Shown piece by piece: positions 15,198 through 27,432 of a stretch of 64,000 nt of DNA. Numbering within the stretch: the first letter of the stretch is position 1; each line of letters starts with the position of its first letter. Source of the DNA: Catajapyx aquilonaris. Its lineage: Eukaryota. The stretch spans positions 1 through 64,000 of the forward strand of contig JYFJ02000425.1 of assembly GCA_000934665.2 (NCBI GenBank), written 5' to 3'. The translations under genes were made by a program, and so were the position numbers. Under the pieces are notes generated by a model that was given only the letters and a program-made list of their open reading frames with translations, ran no database searches and was not told the origin of the DNA.

Positions 15198-15861
15198 CTT
15201 TGACGACCTGCACGTGATCTCCCATCTGGAAGCTCATGGTGATGCCAGAGTTGAGGTGGAGATGAACAATGTGCTGTCCAGGTCCCATCATCTGAGGCAT
15301 CACTGGGGAGTGGTTGGGTGACCCCCGGGAGGGCATTGGGCTTTGGCACCGATGCAGGCCCTTGGCATGGTGGTGGTGATGGTGGTGGTGGTGGTGGAAG
15401 GAGTTGAGAAGTGGGAGATGTGGTGGAGGAGGTAAGCCACCCATTGGCGGGTATGGGGCAGGGATCCAATGGCCATTGTTGCTGGCTAAGTGACATGTAA
15501 GCAAGTCAGGTGGAGGATCTTTAAGGAAGTAGCAGGGTTGCAGTTGGGGCTGATGCTTCTTTGGGGGGTCTTCGACAAGGACAGGTTCATCCTCAATGGG
15601 GGCTGCCTCCGGTTTGGCCTCATTGTTGTTGTCACTTGCTGTGACGTCGGTTACAATGTCAGTTACAATGGTGGCAACGTCGGTGCAGATCCCATTGCAG
15701 TTGGGCTCGACTGCACCTTTCGATTCATCATGATTATTCTTGCAATGATTGTTGTTAAGATGCCGAGTTGGAGAGTCTTCTGGTGTTGCTTGACACGGGG
15801 ACTCTGATTCACTCCCAGTGCTGTCACTACCCTCGCTGTCCTTGTTTACACGTACCATCAT
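15198..15861 (-). CDS. FNDC3: Fibronectin type III domain-containing protein 3 (FNDC3/miles-to-go-like), first coding exon only; the rest of the gene lies left of the window
   Basis: Acceptor cag|GTGTAAATG (exon starts 15867), ATG at 15861, phase-1 donor AAA G|gtaggg at 15197. The exon ends HIVHLHLNSGITMSFQMGDHVQVVKG, which matches the conserved FNDC3 N-terminal motif (vertebrate VILVQVNPGETFTI...LQCIQG). No FN3 repeats are seen in the window. Confidence 0.75.
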
Positions 15862-17265
15862 TTACACCTGAATGTGGGTGGAAAATTGACATTAGAATAC
15901 TTGGACAACTTTCAAATTATGGGTAGAAAATGTATGTTAAGCCTCACAGAGAGGATGTACCGATTTATTATTTTGCCGCAACCGAGACCTGAGTCATAAG
16001 ACAGAACCTGGACATGTTACATGAAATGTAACAGTGTGTAATGAGAGTCACATTAGTCAAACCCATCTACGACTTGAGTATGGATAAATTTTTTTCCCCA
16101 GCTGCAAATTCCACCTTCCTGGCAGTGCAGCATTATCAACAGAAGCTTTCTCAATTATCCCACATCTGATAGTGAGTACTGATGTTATGGATGTGTGAGA
16201 TACAGTTGCCATTTCCTGTGATAAACAGCTGTGATTCTTCATCCTGCTTGACACTCAAATGCCTAGTCAAAGAGCACTTGACCTTAAAGGTTACTTCACA
16301 AATTTGCCAGTTAAGAAGCAGGGCAGAAAATGGGATATTAGGGAATTGCATCAATTCACAAATTCTGGGTTTTGTCAGCTGGAGGTGGCTGAAGGTGGAG
16401 GATCACATCAGTCCAACCTAGTGGTCGACTTTGGGCAGAAGGGAAGCGGGTGGAGAGCTGGCACCATAAGGATTGCAACTGTTCATTGGAAGTGCTTCCG
16501 GGGATATGAGGTTCCTATGATCCTCGATTCTGCCTGTGATACCCTGCCATTAATTCATAACTGCATAATTCATGAAGAAGCCACAATGCATAAGTGTTGT
16601 GAGTATTCGTTTAAAATGAGCAAATAGAATATAATGTTTTCAGATTAACATTAAAGATCACTGATAATAGAAAACTCCTTCAAGGCTACAATTTTGTAAC
16701 ACAACATTATCAGAAAATAAACATTAGGTTGTATCACTCTGGCGACATTCACATTCTCAAGTGTACTATTCACTGTTGAGAGAAATAATGCTTTATTTAT
16801 TTCCATTGGCATATTATTTAAAGCAATGCACACCAGATGTCACATTGCTACCAATTAATGTTTATCTTTCAAGAGCTACTTATCATTGTCGTTATTATGC
16901 AACTATTACACCACATGCTGACGGCAAACCCCCTGTCACCCAAACCCCCGGGCTGACCCTGTCCCCCATCCGGGTCGTGCCACCCTGGCAAAACCCTACC
17001 CTGATCCACGTCTCCGAGTTCCATTCTGCCCCCCCATATGCCCCCATCCCACATCGCCAGCACCCTCCTACAGGTGACAGGTACACACCATATGGTACCT
17101 CCCCCGGCCCCACTCCCCGCCCCGGGGCCAGCCTCCCTGCCTCCCCAGGGCCCATCCCGCCCCCAAACCCTCCTTCCCAAGCCCCTACCAGCCATCCCCT
17201 GCGGCCAACACTCTTATCGAAGTGTGACATATGTCAACCCGTGAATGGCCGGCAGTACCTCTCAC

Positions 17266-17560
17266 CTGGTCGAAATCAGGCCGATCTCCTCGGCGGTGTC
17301 CACGGCGCGTGTCCCTGGCGCCAACTGCCGACGTGTACGCCAACGGACACTGGTTCGGAAGCCGTGCACGATAATATTTCCCCCCCGCAAAAGTCAGATC
17401 GTCACTGACACGGCGGCCATTTTGGATGTTTACCCATTCGGACAGATCAATCCCGCACGCACCGAGAGAGGACCGCCAGCCGGGAATCCCAGGCGCCGCC
17501 GGTCCCCGCACCCTTTCCCACCTCAGCCGACCTAATTGCGCCCGCTCATCGGATGATTTA
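17266..17560 (-). promoter_or_regulatory. CpG-rich promoter and probable non-coding exon 1 of the FNDC3-like gene
   Basis: GC/CpG-rich block; minus-strand donor CAG|gtgaga at 17265; YY1-type motif AAAATGGCCGCC on minus strand within ~17411-17425. Confidence 0.5.
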
Positions 17561-18547
17561 TTTTAATGGTAATTTAATTGCCAACGGGTTTAATCGAGAC
17601 TTTCTCTTGGTGACGTCTCTCCAAAGGGGTTTACACGTCTCCATCAGTGACAGGCTGATAAGGCGCGGACCAATCGGATGACAGGACTGGGTGCCAGTGA
17701 CCTATCACGGATAGGGGGACATGCGCAGTGATTCGACGCTGGGTGGTGTAAACGGAGCCGACATTAGCAGAGCAGTTTTTCTTAACTGTTGCTTCTTGTG
17801 TTGTCGACTCCAGCAACAAGCCGGTCGTCTGCAGTCCAGTCTACCTGCAGCTGTACATTTTCATTCAGTTTAAAGGTTCTAAAAGCATGGTACGATTTCG
17901 CTGTTGCATGCTGCACAAACCTTGAATACACTCACCTGATGCCCATTCGGTAACAGGTGCTGCAGACGTGCTATGCACATGCCTGTGAATACCAATAGCA
18001 ACAAACGCAAAGTGCAACCTGCATTGAAATGAAAGAAAATGGCTCAGGGAGGTAACCACCAATCTTCTGAATCAATACGCCTGGTGCCGCAGTAAAGCTG
18101 AAAGTTTAAAACACAACACAGTTTTGATATTCAAATTTTCATTGCTGCCTTAGTTTACAATTTCTCTTTTTATTACCACTCTGAAATAACTAGAGTAATT
18201 TGAAAGTGTTAATAAAAAGAAGCAGTCATTGTTGAGCCATAAAATGCATGTCTTGCTGTGTAAACATTTTTTAAAAACTTGTAGAATTTGACAGTACACA
18301 AGTAACACAACACAGCTCAGCTGCAATGGCTGTCACATACCTTGTTGATAAAAAATTCCCTTAGCAGCCCTGATTAATATTACAAATTCAAACTGGGAAG
18401 ACTAATGTACATAAAAAATTATTTGCTTCAAATGGCACTTTCTTAATAAAAAGGTTAATGCATCTCCATTATTGTCAACTGTACATGATAGTGCAGAGGG
18501 ATCTGTATATACACACTTGATTTAGAAGGAGAAAAATATCCTTGTTC

Positions 18548-21500
18548 CTAAGCTCGTTTGATGACTGAATAGCCATACATGCTAGTCTTGGTCTTTCTTG
18601 GTGGTTGTGGCGTTGATGCTGGCCTTGGCATGGTCCCACTGGTCTCTGGCAAATCCATATTCTGTTGAAGGAATGGCAAGATGAAAAACCCAGTCCACAT
18701 GAAATAACCCAGATTCAACTTACAGCAAGGCTCTGGCAGCTACCCATTCGGAGGTTTTGCAACTCCCCAGAAGCACCCCTCTCGCCAAATGGACTCATCA
18801 TTTGCGAAACAGCCCTCTTCAGCTTCCCAGGTGTCTTGTTGAAACTTAATGCCCTACCCAACGTTCCTACCATCTGCCTGGTCTTGGAGGCAAAGCGAAC
18901 TGCTCGAGTCAGAGCCCCCACGCTCACCTCACTTGTGTCAATGTCCAGCTGTGCAGGGTCGAGGAAGTAGAGAAGGTTCTCCTGGAAGTAACACCACGTT
19001 ATATGTTACAACATTTCCTTTTCACATGTAACATGAAAATGAAAACATTCCTAAAGGGCCTACCGAGTCAGCTCGACAGACGCTGTTGGCCATTTGTCGA
19101 CACAGGGTGCGAAGAAAATTTGCCTTCTTCACATCCTCTCCAAGCAGTGTGAAGGTGTACAGACGTTCATTTACATCCTGGTTGTTCCGACACATCAGAG
19201 CAAACACATTGTGGCAATCTGGAAAGGTAATGTGAGTATTTACTATTAGTTTGTCACACTTTCACATCAAAATCTCACCTAATAAGTATTCAATGAAATA
19301 TACACTATGAAGGTCAATTGCATCTCCTGAATGTACACACACACACACACACACATTTGCATGTTCACTTCATAATACTCAAGTATGGTCTAACAGTGAT
19401 CTGCCACTATGAATTGAACAAAAGAAGGCATTTACATCCAATACTGTACAGCTTAAAAACTGCTCCATTGTAATAAAAATAAGGCTATTGCATCACAAAT
19501 TCCAGGATATGCCTTATCTACATTACAAAAGAAGAAAACATAATATTAGCTCAGTCAATATGTACTCGCCCCGGCCACAGGAGGCCGGTAGGTGATGCCG
19601 GAGACAGGTACTGCTGTGCTTGGCTGTGAGGTACATTCGCAGTCGCCAACCTGGCCACGGGTGTACACGGTGTGCTGCGTAGTAGCTGCTGTACACATTC
19701 GGAACATGTCGTTCACGATATCAGGCGCATCCAAGGAGGACGAACAGGCAGTGATTCAGTTCCTGTGTGCAGAGGGAATGGGACCGACACTTGCGTGGCA
19801 TACACGACAGTGAAGGACTGGGTCCACCACTTCCGCAGTGGCCGACAAGGCACGTCGGACATGGCACCGCCAGGCCGACCTGTTACCGCCTCCACCGATG
19901 CAAGCATAGTGTGCGTCGAGAGGTTGGTTCAAAGCGATCGGCGCTTGTCCATCGACATGTCCAACGTGCCTTGTCGGCCACTGCAGAATTGGCGGACCCA
20001 CTCCTTCACTGTCGTGTACGCCAGGCAAGTGTCTGCACAGACAGCCCTCATGCGAGTATGAATCGCCTTCGGTCCAGCTCCCACCGCGCACATTAGGAAC
20101 TGAATCACTGCCCGTTCGTCCTTCTTGGACTTGCCTGATATCGTGAACAACATGTTCCGACTGTTCTACACCAGCTACTACACAGCACACTGCATTCACC
20201 ATTGGCCAGGATGGCAACTGCGGATGTACCTCACAGCCAAGCACAGCAGCACCTGTCTCCGCTGTCACCTACCTGCCTCCCGCGGCCGGGGCGGGTACTT
20301 ATTGATTGAGCCTAATATAACCTACAGAATTAATGTACCTGATTTTACAAAACTACAACAGAAGTAAATTCTTGCAATATCTGAAACACCTCCTAATGTG
20401 CGTGGAAAGTTTAATTTATGAATCATGACCAATAGTTAAATCCCCAACAATTCAAAACTAGCTTACTGGAAGTCTCCCGTATGTCCACCACCTTGCGGAT
20501 GTTGGACAAATGTAACATCTCCACATGCTTGTATGGCTTCCCTGTGACCTTCGCAGCCTGGAGGTTGACTACACTGGGGCTCTTGTAGGACTTGGACCTC
20601 TTCTTACATATTTCTACCACATCAGTGAAGAGAAACAGTATCAGCTGATCTCCACGACCACATAGTCCATCATCACTCCGTTGGATCACTTCACACCGCG
20701 ACACAAAGCTGCGGTGTGATGATACCAAATGTGGTGGGCAATTCTCAATTTCATTAAATATGTCGAATAGCTGCAGCTGGCCCTCCGTCTTGCGCTTGTC
20801 TTCGTTGATGTGGGTCATCACATCTTTGATCCGTGCCAGTGCCTTCTCTAGGGCAGCGTGGTCTGGATTCCCTCGGGAGGTGTGCTTTAGAATGTCTCCC
20901 AAGAGCAAACTAATGCTTGGTAGACGTTGCACAGGACGGATAAGGAGCTCCTGCAGTGTTTGACGGCCACATTCTGGTTTGCTTTGAGCTATTTTCAAGA
21001 AAGCGTGGAAACGAGGCTTTGCTGCATCACATTTCACAAGCATTTCCTTGGTATTTTCAAAAAAATTTACAAATGGTGGGTACGCTTTGAGGAGGTCTCC
21101 AGAATGCTTCAACACAATGTTGCCAACACTATTGTCATCATGCCAATGCCTTGATGCATTGCTAAGTTCTTGCAACATGGCTGTATGTGCCTCATGTATG
21201 GGTGGAAGATTTCCAAATATGATCTTGAGCTCAGTGGGGTCCAGCACAGGCCCCCCCACCTGCTCCGCAGAATCGAGGGGCTCCTTGAACAACTTCATTA
21301 TGGTTGTAAGGACTTTTACGTAGTTGGACTCTGTTTGCCACAATTCGTTGAACACACGTTGACGAGGGGTCTGGTCACGAAGATCAAGTTTAATAGGAGA
21401 AGGAGGGCTCAAGAAGACATCATCATCTGGAACAAAATATTACTCATTACGCTCTATCAAAACTTCCCCTAAAATGCAACATTTTGAGTCACCATTACAG

Positions 21501-24500
21501 GTGAGTTTCGAGGTGAGTTGCCCATGCTTGTGTGACTGAAAAAATGGACCTAGTCCATCTGAGCCTTGGAGTTGGCCAATGAAATCAAGAGGCATTTCCA
21601 AATCATACTGCACTTGACCAACTTGCTCCAACACAATTTACATGAAAAGAATCATCCACTTCAACTTACCTTCTATTGTCTTCTCAGATGTGAGTGTGCC
21701 ATCTAAAAATGATCCACTAACACTGAGCATGGTAGCATCACTAACCGATGACCGTCTCTTGAGTGCTGGACCTGCAGCTGATGGGGATGTTGCAGCATTA
21801 TTGTCTTCTTGGGCTAATGCAGCCACAGCATCTTTCAGTCTTTTGCGTTTGCGGGAGGCTTGCGACGGGAGTGTTTGTGCATGCCGCGGACTTGTAAATT
21901 CCGCTGGCTATTAAATCATAACACAAAATAAGTTGTCTTGTAACTATTGAGAGAAAAGTGTGAAAGCCTACCTTCTCAAATAAATACAAATCCTCATTCA
22001 CACAAGCCACCATTTGAACAGTGGCCCAAAACCACTCAGCCTTCACTACTTGGGCTCTGAGGGGCATCATTTCCAGAGAGGTTATGTTCTGGTCGTCCAC
22101 CACCTGTTCGTTAAAATCAGTATATTAGCTAACAGTAAAGTTATGGTGTTCAATTGTCACCTTCTCAGGTAGTTCAGGGATTGGAGGTAGGATTTGGAGC
22201 AGGTTGGCTTGATAAAGTTCACATGTTTCTTCATCGTCTAGGACTTAAAATCCTTAAAGCAATGGTTTTGAATGCAGTGCATTAGTCAGTTCATACTCAC
22301 CACATGCGTGCATGATGTGTCGTTGGCAGGGACAAATATGCCACCATTTTCAGCCAGGATAGATTTCATGTGTGATGTCTCTTCATCGGTGAACCCGATG
22401 AAGTGTACCCGTTTCTCAAAAAATGGCTTCAGTCTGTATTCACTCTGATGGAAAGAAATAACATGTCAAAATCTCCCAGAAATATCAAGGTACACTAGGG
22501 CCCAGTTATGTCAACTCATAAGCCTAGGAATGCCTAACGCAGTGCTTGAACCCAATCTTCTACATTGGCAACCCCCACTTGCAATTCAACCCTACCCCGC
22601 TCAGTGGTAGTTAGTGAAAATAATAGCTAAATTATCCCATCTTCTCCTTCCCCTAGCTAATGTATCAAGCACACAGAGAAATTAACTGATTTTTAAAATG
22701 AAAAACTGATGTTACTTGCAGAGATACTTTAAAACGTTGAGTGATGTGACTTACAAACTGTGTATCTGAGGCAACTAGACCACGTTCATCTCTTCTTGCC
22801 CAGACAGCCTCAACCCATTCCGCCCTCATGACAGGGACCCCAAAGGCAACTGCCATCTCGTACTTGGGTCCCGTGCAACTAGCAGCCACTAGATGGGTCA
22901 CACGTTGACTGAAGTTCTTGTGGATGCTGCCTCCCATGTGGTGGACCAGGTCCAGCAGCCTTTGCTGGGATAGGAAACATTTTAACTATCATAAATTGCA
23001 TGAACATGCACATATTATTGCCCACATGTATTCCAACCTTCCAGCTTAAAAATATATATTTTTTTGCCACTTTGTCATGATCTAGTTTTTTGTATGGTTC
23101 CTGAAGTCTGACTGCATCATACAAATTAAAAACAACCCACCTAGATCATTCACAAGCTCCTAAAAAAGTAGCAAAATGCTGCTGTGTCCGAGGTAATCAC
23201 CCAGTTCTGGATGTGCACCACTTATTAACATACCGATATGCGATAATTTTGAAGAGAAATACGTAATTAGAAAAATTACCCCACTTCATACAGGCAGCCT
23301 GGCCAACTTGATTTAATACACGAGTGCTGCAAAAAATATGCTTTTAAATACTGCAGAACATATATTATCACTACATGGGTCAAAATAATATTGAAATTCA
23401 CAGAAAATCCTTCAACCTAATGGAAAACATTGACTGGTATTTTGGCCCCCCACACAACATGCATGGCGCTCTGAACCAAGCAGTCAACAACCACATAAAT
23501 CAGCCGGAGATCCAACAGATGATGAATAATAATCAGTAATACTGGGTATGCCCTGGTAATGTAAACAAAGTTGGCCTCCATCTGGCACTGCAGTTGCACA
23601 TCATTTGGTTGCTGAGAAAAAATACTGTGAATGTTTTAAGATGATAAAAGCTTTCTCTTGCACCTGAGCTACAAATGCATGTGGTAAGTGGATGGTTTGC
23701 ATCATACACCCCCATTTACTAAGAAAAAGCACAAACAATATAAAGATTTTATTTATTTATTTATTTAATTATTTATTTATTTTACTTACCCCATTGGGAG
23801 ACAATGCTCCTTCAGGGGGGTGGAACACCACCATTTTTTCATCACTATTTTCTTAAGTTTCTTCGGACACCATGCCAGGCAGATGGAACGTGGGGAAGGG
23901 AATTGGGATTTTTGGGGAGGAGACACGGGTGCATGTGCAATGACTTGAACTGGGTCATGTACAGTCTCCCTGGAGGTTAGGTTGCCAGACGCTTCCAAGG
24001 CGTGGGTCAGAGACCCTCCTGATGCAGGCAAAAGGGAACTCCCCAGGCGGGGTTCTAACCTAGGACCCTTCACACAGCAAGGCGAGACATTACCGTCTCG
24101 GCCACCACACCTCCCCACAACATATAAAGATATGCAACTGGCTCGGAAACTGCACTGCAAGATGGCTGCTGACTTTGGTTACATTGCCATCAATCCTCCC
24201 TATCCTTCTCTTAATTACTTGGGAAAAGTAACACCCTCCATACTCAGCCTCAATGATAGCTATCCACATGATTTGACTACAGCATCAGGAGGGAATGCCC
24301 TCTTCTCATTATGTTCCCACTCATTTATTCATAAGCTAATCATATGCTAATCACTCCCTAGTATAAAAACATGATGGTGAACCATAACAACAATGCACAC
24401 CTTTTACACAGAACAATTGAAACCGAAACTAGTTGGCAAACTTTCCCAGTCCTTACCACAGTTGCTCGATTTAACCCAGAGCAGCATATCCAGAGGTTGG

Positions 24501-25700
24501 CCATAGCCAAGCTGTAGAGTGGCCGCTCATAACGCTGCAAGGATAGTCCTCTTTCAGCTGCCTCCATCACAACCCTGGCGCTGTACACCTTCACACCCTT
24601 TTCACACAATGTCTGGGACAAACGGCTGTCTAATTTTTCCACAACATAACACATCTGGATGTCTCTATCGTTGTCCTCAATTTCAGCTGCCTCAGAATAC
24701 ACTGCTTCTAAGCCCAGGGCCAGGGTTGCTTCTCGTAGGGCTGCACATCCACCCAGGGTGGCACCCACGATGCAGAGTCGAATTGTTGATTCATGCCCTG
24801 TTGATTATACCCAAAAGTCAGAAAGTGTACAAGATTAATGTAGCTGATGTGCTGATCCTATTTAATTCATGAAGCATCCTGTTAATTTGTCCATTATGGT
24901 ATAAGTTAAAATAATTGTGTACAAAAAGCTGACCTAAAAAATCCAGCAGAAGGAAAGACCAGCTAGATGTTACCTCCAGGAGGCTCTTTCTCATAGCTGA
25001 TCTAGGATAATCTAGAAAATTTCTGGCCCTTGTGGAAATCCAGGCAGGGACTGACCAGGAATCAAAAGTATCTGTTCACGTGACAGTGGCTGAGGGATAA
25101 GTCAGCGTCGTGAGACATGCCAGTCCGGCACAAGCACTTGACAGCAAGTAAGCCTGCTGCATAAAGCTACATTTTTAAAGACTGCCTTGCAGCTGGCGGA
25201 TGTTTATAGTAGGGGCAAAGTCTCCCTCCTGTCCTACAGTCAAACCTCATGGGTGGCCCTGCATGTGTTTCTTGCTTCCATGCCTTGTCATTTTAAACCC
25301 TGCGTAAGAGGTTGGGACTGCTGGTGATTGACATACCGCTAATGTTCATGTGTGATTCTGAGACATAATTCAGGCCAGCCTTGTGTGTCCATAGACTAGC
25401 GATTTTTCTTGCGAAGTACGTGGATTTTCAGCTGTCATTTCCAAGCTAAAGCAGCTCTTTACCAGAGGGCCACTGACCTGATGGGCACATGGTCCAGTCA
25501 TGAAACTCTTGTACGACCTACTAGTCACTAAAGATCAGCTGACATTCATCCCGGTTCCACCCTGAACCCAAAGTACCTGATTTGGTGGACCCATCGCTGA
25601 CCGACATGGAATCGACGGACCTGCTGCCCGCCTGGTGTTCCCTCCAACCGGCGAATCCTTCCCCTCCCGCAGAGGCTGCTAGGCCCAGGTCCTCGTCCAT
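18548..25700 (-). CDS. ECT2: ECT2/pebble Rho guanine nucleotide exchange factor (BRCT repeats, DH, PH), complete, about 10 exons
   Basis: Exons start at ~25700 (MDEDLG), 24797 (RPLYSLAMANLWICCSG), 22964 (LVHHMGGSIHKNFSQRVTHLVA), 22444 (KPFFEKRVHFIGF...CTHV), 22103 (VVKAEWFW), 21908 (NLS RKRKRL), 21427 (DH: ELWQTESNYV, LLIRPVQRLPS, THINEDKRKTE, then PH), 19218, 18981 (ALSFNKTP) and 18661. TAG at 18548-18550. All junctions GT-AG and in frame. Confidence 0.95.
19334..19355. repeat. (CA)n microsatellite
   Basis: Direct read. Confidence 0.9.
19565..20295. mobile_element. Mariner-derived non-autonomous foldback element (two inverted 5' ends) in an ECT2 intron
   Basis: TA flanks at 19563-64 and 20296-97. 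Ends CTCGCCCCGGCC / GGCCGGGGCGGG. Arms 19565-19863 and 19956-20295 are imperfect reverse complements. Both encode a mariner N-terminal HTH (ERAVIQFL...AIHTRMRAV...TVKEWVRQF.SGR; left arm continues PPGRPVTAST...VERLVQSDRRLSI). No DDD catalytic domain. Confidence 0.88.
23747..24116 (-). mobile_element. tRNA-derived SINE in an ECT2 intron
   Basis: Minus strand begins GGGGAGGTGTGG-TGGCCGAGACGG (A box) ... GGTTAGAACCCC (degenerate B box), followed by a body of roughly 260 bp and a (TAAA)n tail at 23747-23783. Flanking near-duplicates acaaacaatataaaga (23731-46) and acaacatataaaga (24117-30) fit a target-site duplication. Confidence 0.75.
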
Positions 25701-26029
25701 CTTGAAGGTTCCGAGCCCCTGGCAGAGCGGACCCACGACCTCCTCGTCCTCTTCCTCCTCCACTACGGTGGGGCAGGGCTCCAAGGGCCTGGTCGCCAGC
25801 TTGGTTCCCTCCAGGGGACCAGGGGCGGCCCTCGCCTCCGATCCAGGCCTCCGCCCAACCCAAGTTGTCTACGGGTTGGAAGCAATGCGAGCAGCCAAGC
25901 ACCGGGAGCCCTCCCTCTTTCTCCAAGTCTCCAACCGACTTCGTTATTTTCGTTAACTGCTCCTGAGGGAGGGGGACGGGAGGGAGGGGATGGGGAAAAT
26001 GAAACGGCTTCTCTCCCACACACCCACGG

Positions 26030-26250
26030 TTTGAATTAGGCCGCATTCCTATTGGTCACATTGCTTACGAACGGACGTCATCGGGACTGTTCACACGCTC
26101 CAGCTGCATAGAATCAACCAATCCAATGCTCTTACTGAAATCGGCGCATGCGTGATAGCTCAGCACATGGAATGTGTAAATAATATATGAAATAGTCGGT
26201 AGGATCTAATAATTGGCGGTAGTTGAGTATAGGTATCGATGGATTTTGAA
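26030..26250 (-). promoter_or_regulatory. Putative cell-cycle-type ECT2 promoter
   Basis: TTTGAA (CHR-like) at 26030 and 26245; CCAAT/ATTGG at 26051, 26118, 26123 and 26212; AACGG at 26070; TTGGCGG at 26213; TATCGATG (DRE-like) at 26234. All are short motifs. Confidence 0.4.
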
Positions 26251-26463
26251 CGTAGTCTGAAGGACGTTTTATCTAACTGCCAGAAAATTACGTGAATCCG
26301 ATGATCTTTGAAGGATTGAAGCGGCGATAGGATGGGGCATCTAACAGTGTGAAACGNGGGGGCTCAACATCAGTGTCAATTTGTTGACATGGCTTATTAT
26401 TGTTGTCTCATACCAACTTAATTGAAGGACAGTGAGCTCAGCTAGGTTCGCCACATTTAATTA

Positions 26464-27432
26464 GTCCAGGTGCTAAGGGGCACACACTATGCATTTTGTG
26501 ACAAACTCATTCTTTGGACACTTCCGAGCATATCTTGACGTGGGTGGGGCCACGACGACCCACACCGCCGGGCAGGGTCACTTTCGCAGGGTTGCCATAT
26601 CTTCCAGGTGCAGCATACCTTTAGGTATTTAGGACCTTGCATTCGGTGATAAAAACATGAAACTCACTACAATAGTTCTTTGGACACTTCAGTGCATATC
26701 TGGACATGGGGCCACCTCACTCATCGTGGCCCCACGTCCGCACCGTCTGATGTGGCAACCCCACGATTGTGACCGCCAGCGGGGTCCGTATCGGTCATCG
26801 TGGCCCCACGTCCAGATATGCTCTGAAGTGTCCAAAGAACTATTGTATCGAGTTTCATGTCTTTGTCACCGAATCCAAACTCCATATTCAAATATAAAGG
26901 CATGTTGCACCATCTGTTAGATACGGCAACCCCGCGATAATGGATTCCAGCAGGGTCGATCTGGGTCGGTCATCGTGGCCCCACGTCCAGATATGCTCTG
27001 AAGTGTCCAAAGAACTAGTGTACCTGGTTTCACGTCTTTATTACCGAATAATGCAAGCTCTCAATTGGCATGGTGTACAGTACGTAGAAAGGTATGTTGC
27101 GTCCGTTAGATCTGGCAACCCCGGGACGGGAGTGACCCACATAAGGATCATCCATAGTGGCCCCACTTTCAGATATGTTCAGAAGTTAGTGTCCAAATAC
27201 CAATATATTTTGGTGAGTTCCAGCATGTTTTTATCACCGAATGCAAGGTTTCAAAGGTATGCTGCACCTGGTAGATATGGCACCCGGCGGGGTCGGCCAT
27301 CGTGGCCACACGTCTCTATAGATATGCTCAGAAGTGTCCAAACTCCGAAGAACGAATGTACAGTACCGAGTTTCATACTTTTGTCAAAAATGCAAAGTTT
27401 GGGCCAAAAAATATGTCCCTTAGCACCTGGAC
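26464..27432. mobile_element. Non-autonomous foldback/MITE-like DNA element with modular internal repeats
   Basis: TIRs GTCCAGGTGCTAAGGG / CCCTTAGCACCTGGAC flanked by TA (26462-63, 27433-34). Internal units about 140-190 bp apart: core TCTTTGGACACTTC.GAGCATATCTGGACGTGGGGCCAC forward at ~26511 and ~26677, inverted at ~26793, ~26968, ~27158 and ~27295. No coding capacity. Confidence 0.8.

Noticed and set aside
16761..17408. 215-aa Pro-rich plus-strand ORF and Gly-rich antisense ORFs
   Set aside because: By-product of C-rich low-complexity sequence at the FNDC3 promoter and intron 1; non-ATG start, no domain.
21440..21634. ORF inside an ECT2 intron as a possible extra exon
   Set aside because: The phase-1 acceptors I tried give immediate stops; the flanking exons splice directly in frame.
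25701..25784. Longer ECT2 N-terminus (MEPCPTVVEEEEDEE...)
   Set aside because: The track's start is TTG; the first in-frame ATG is at 25700.
26500..27350. Spaced repeats superficially like a CRISPR array, plus a 199-aa ORF
   Set aside because: Eukaryotic context, degenerate units in both orientations, similar spacers, enclosed by TIRs: a foldback element, not CRISPR and not coding.
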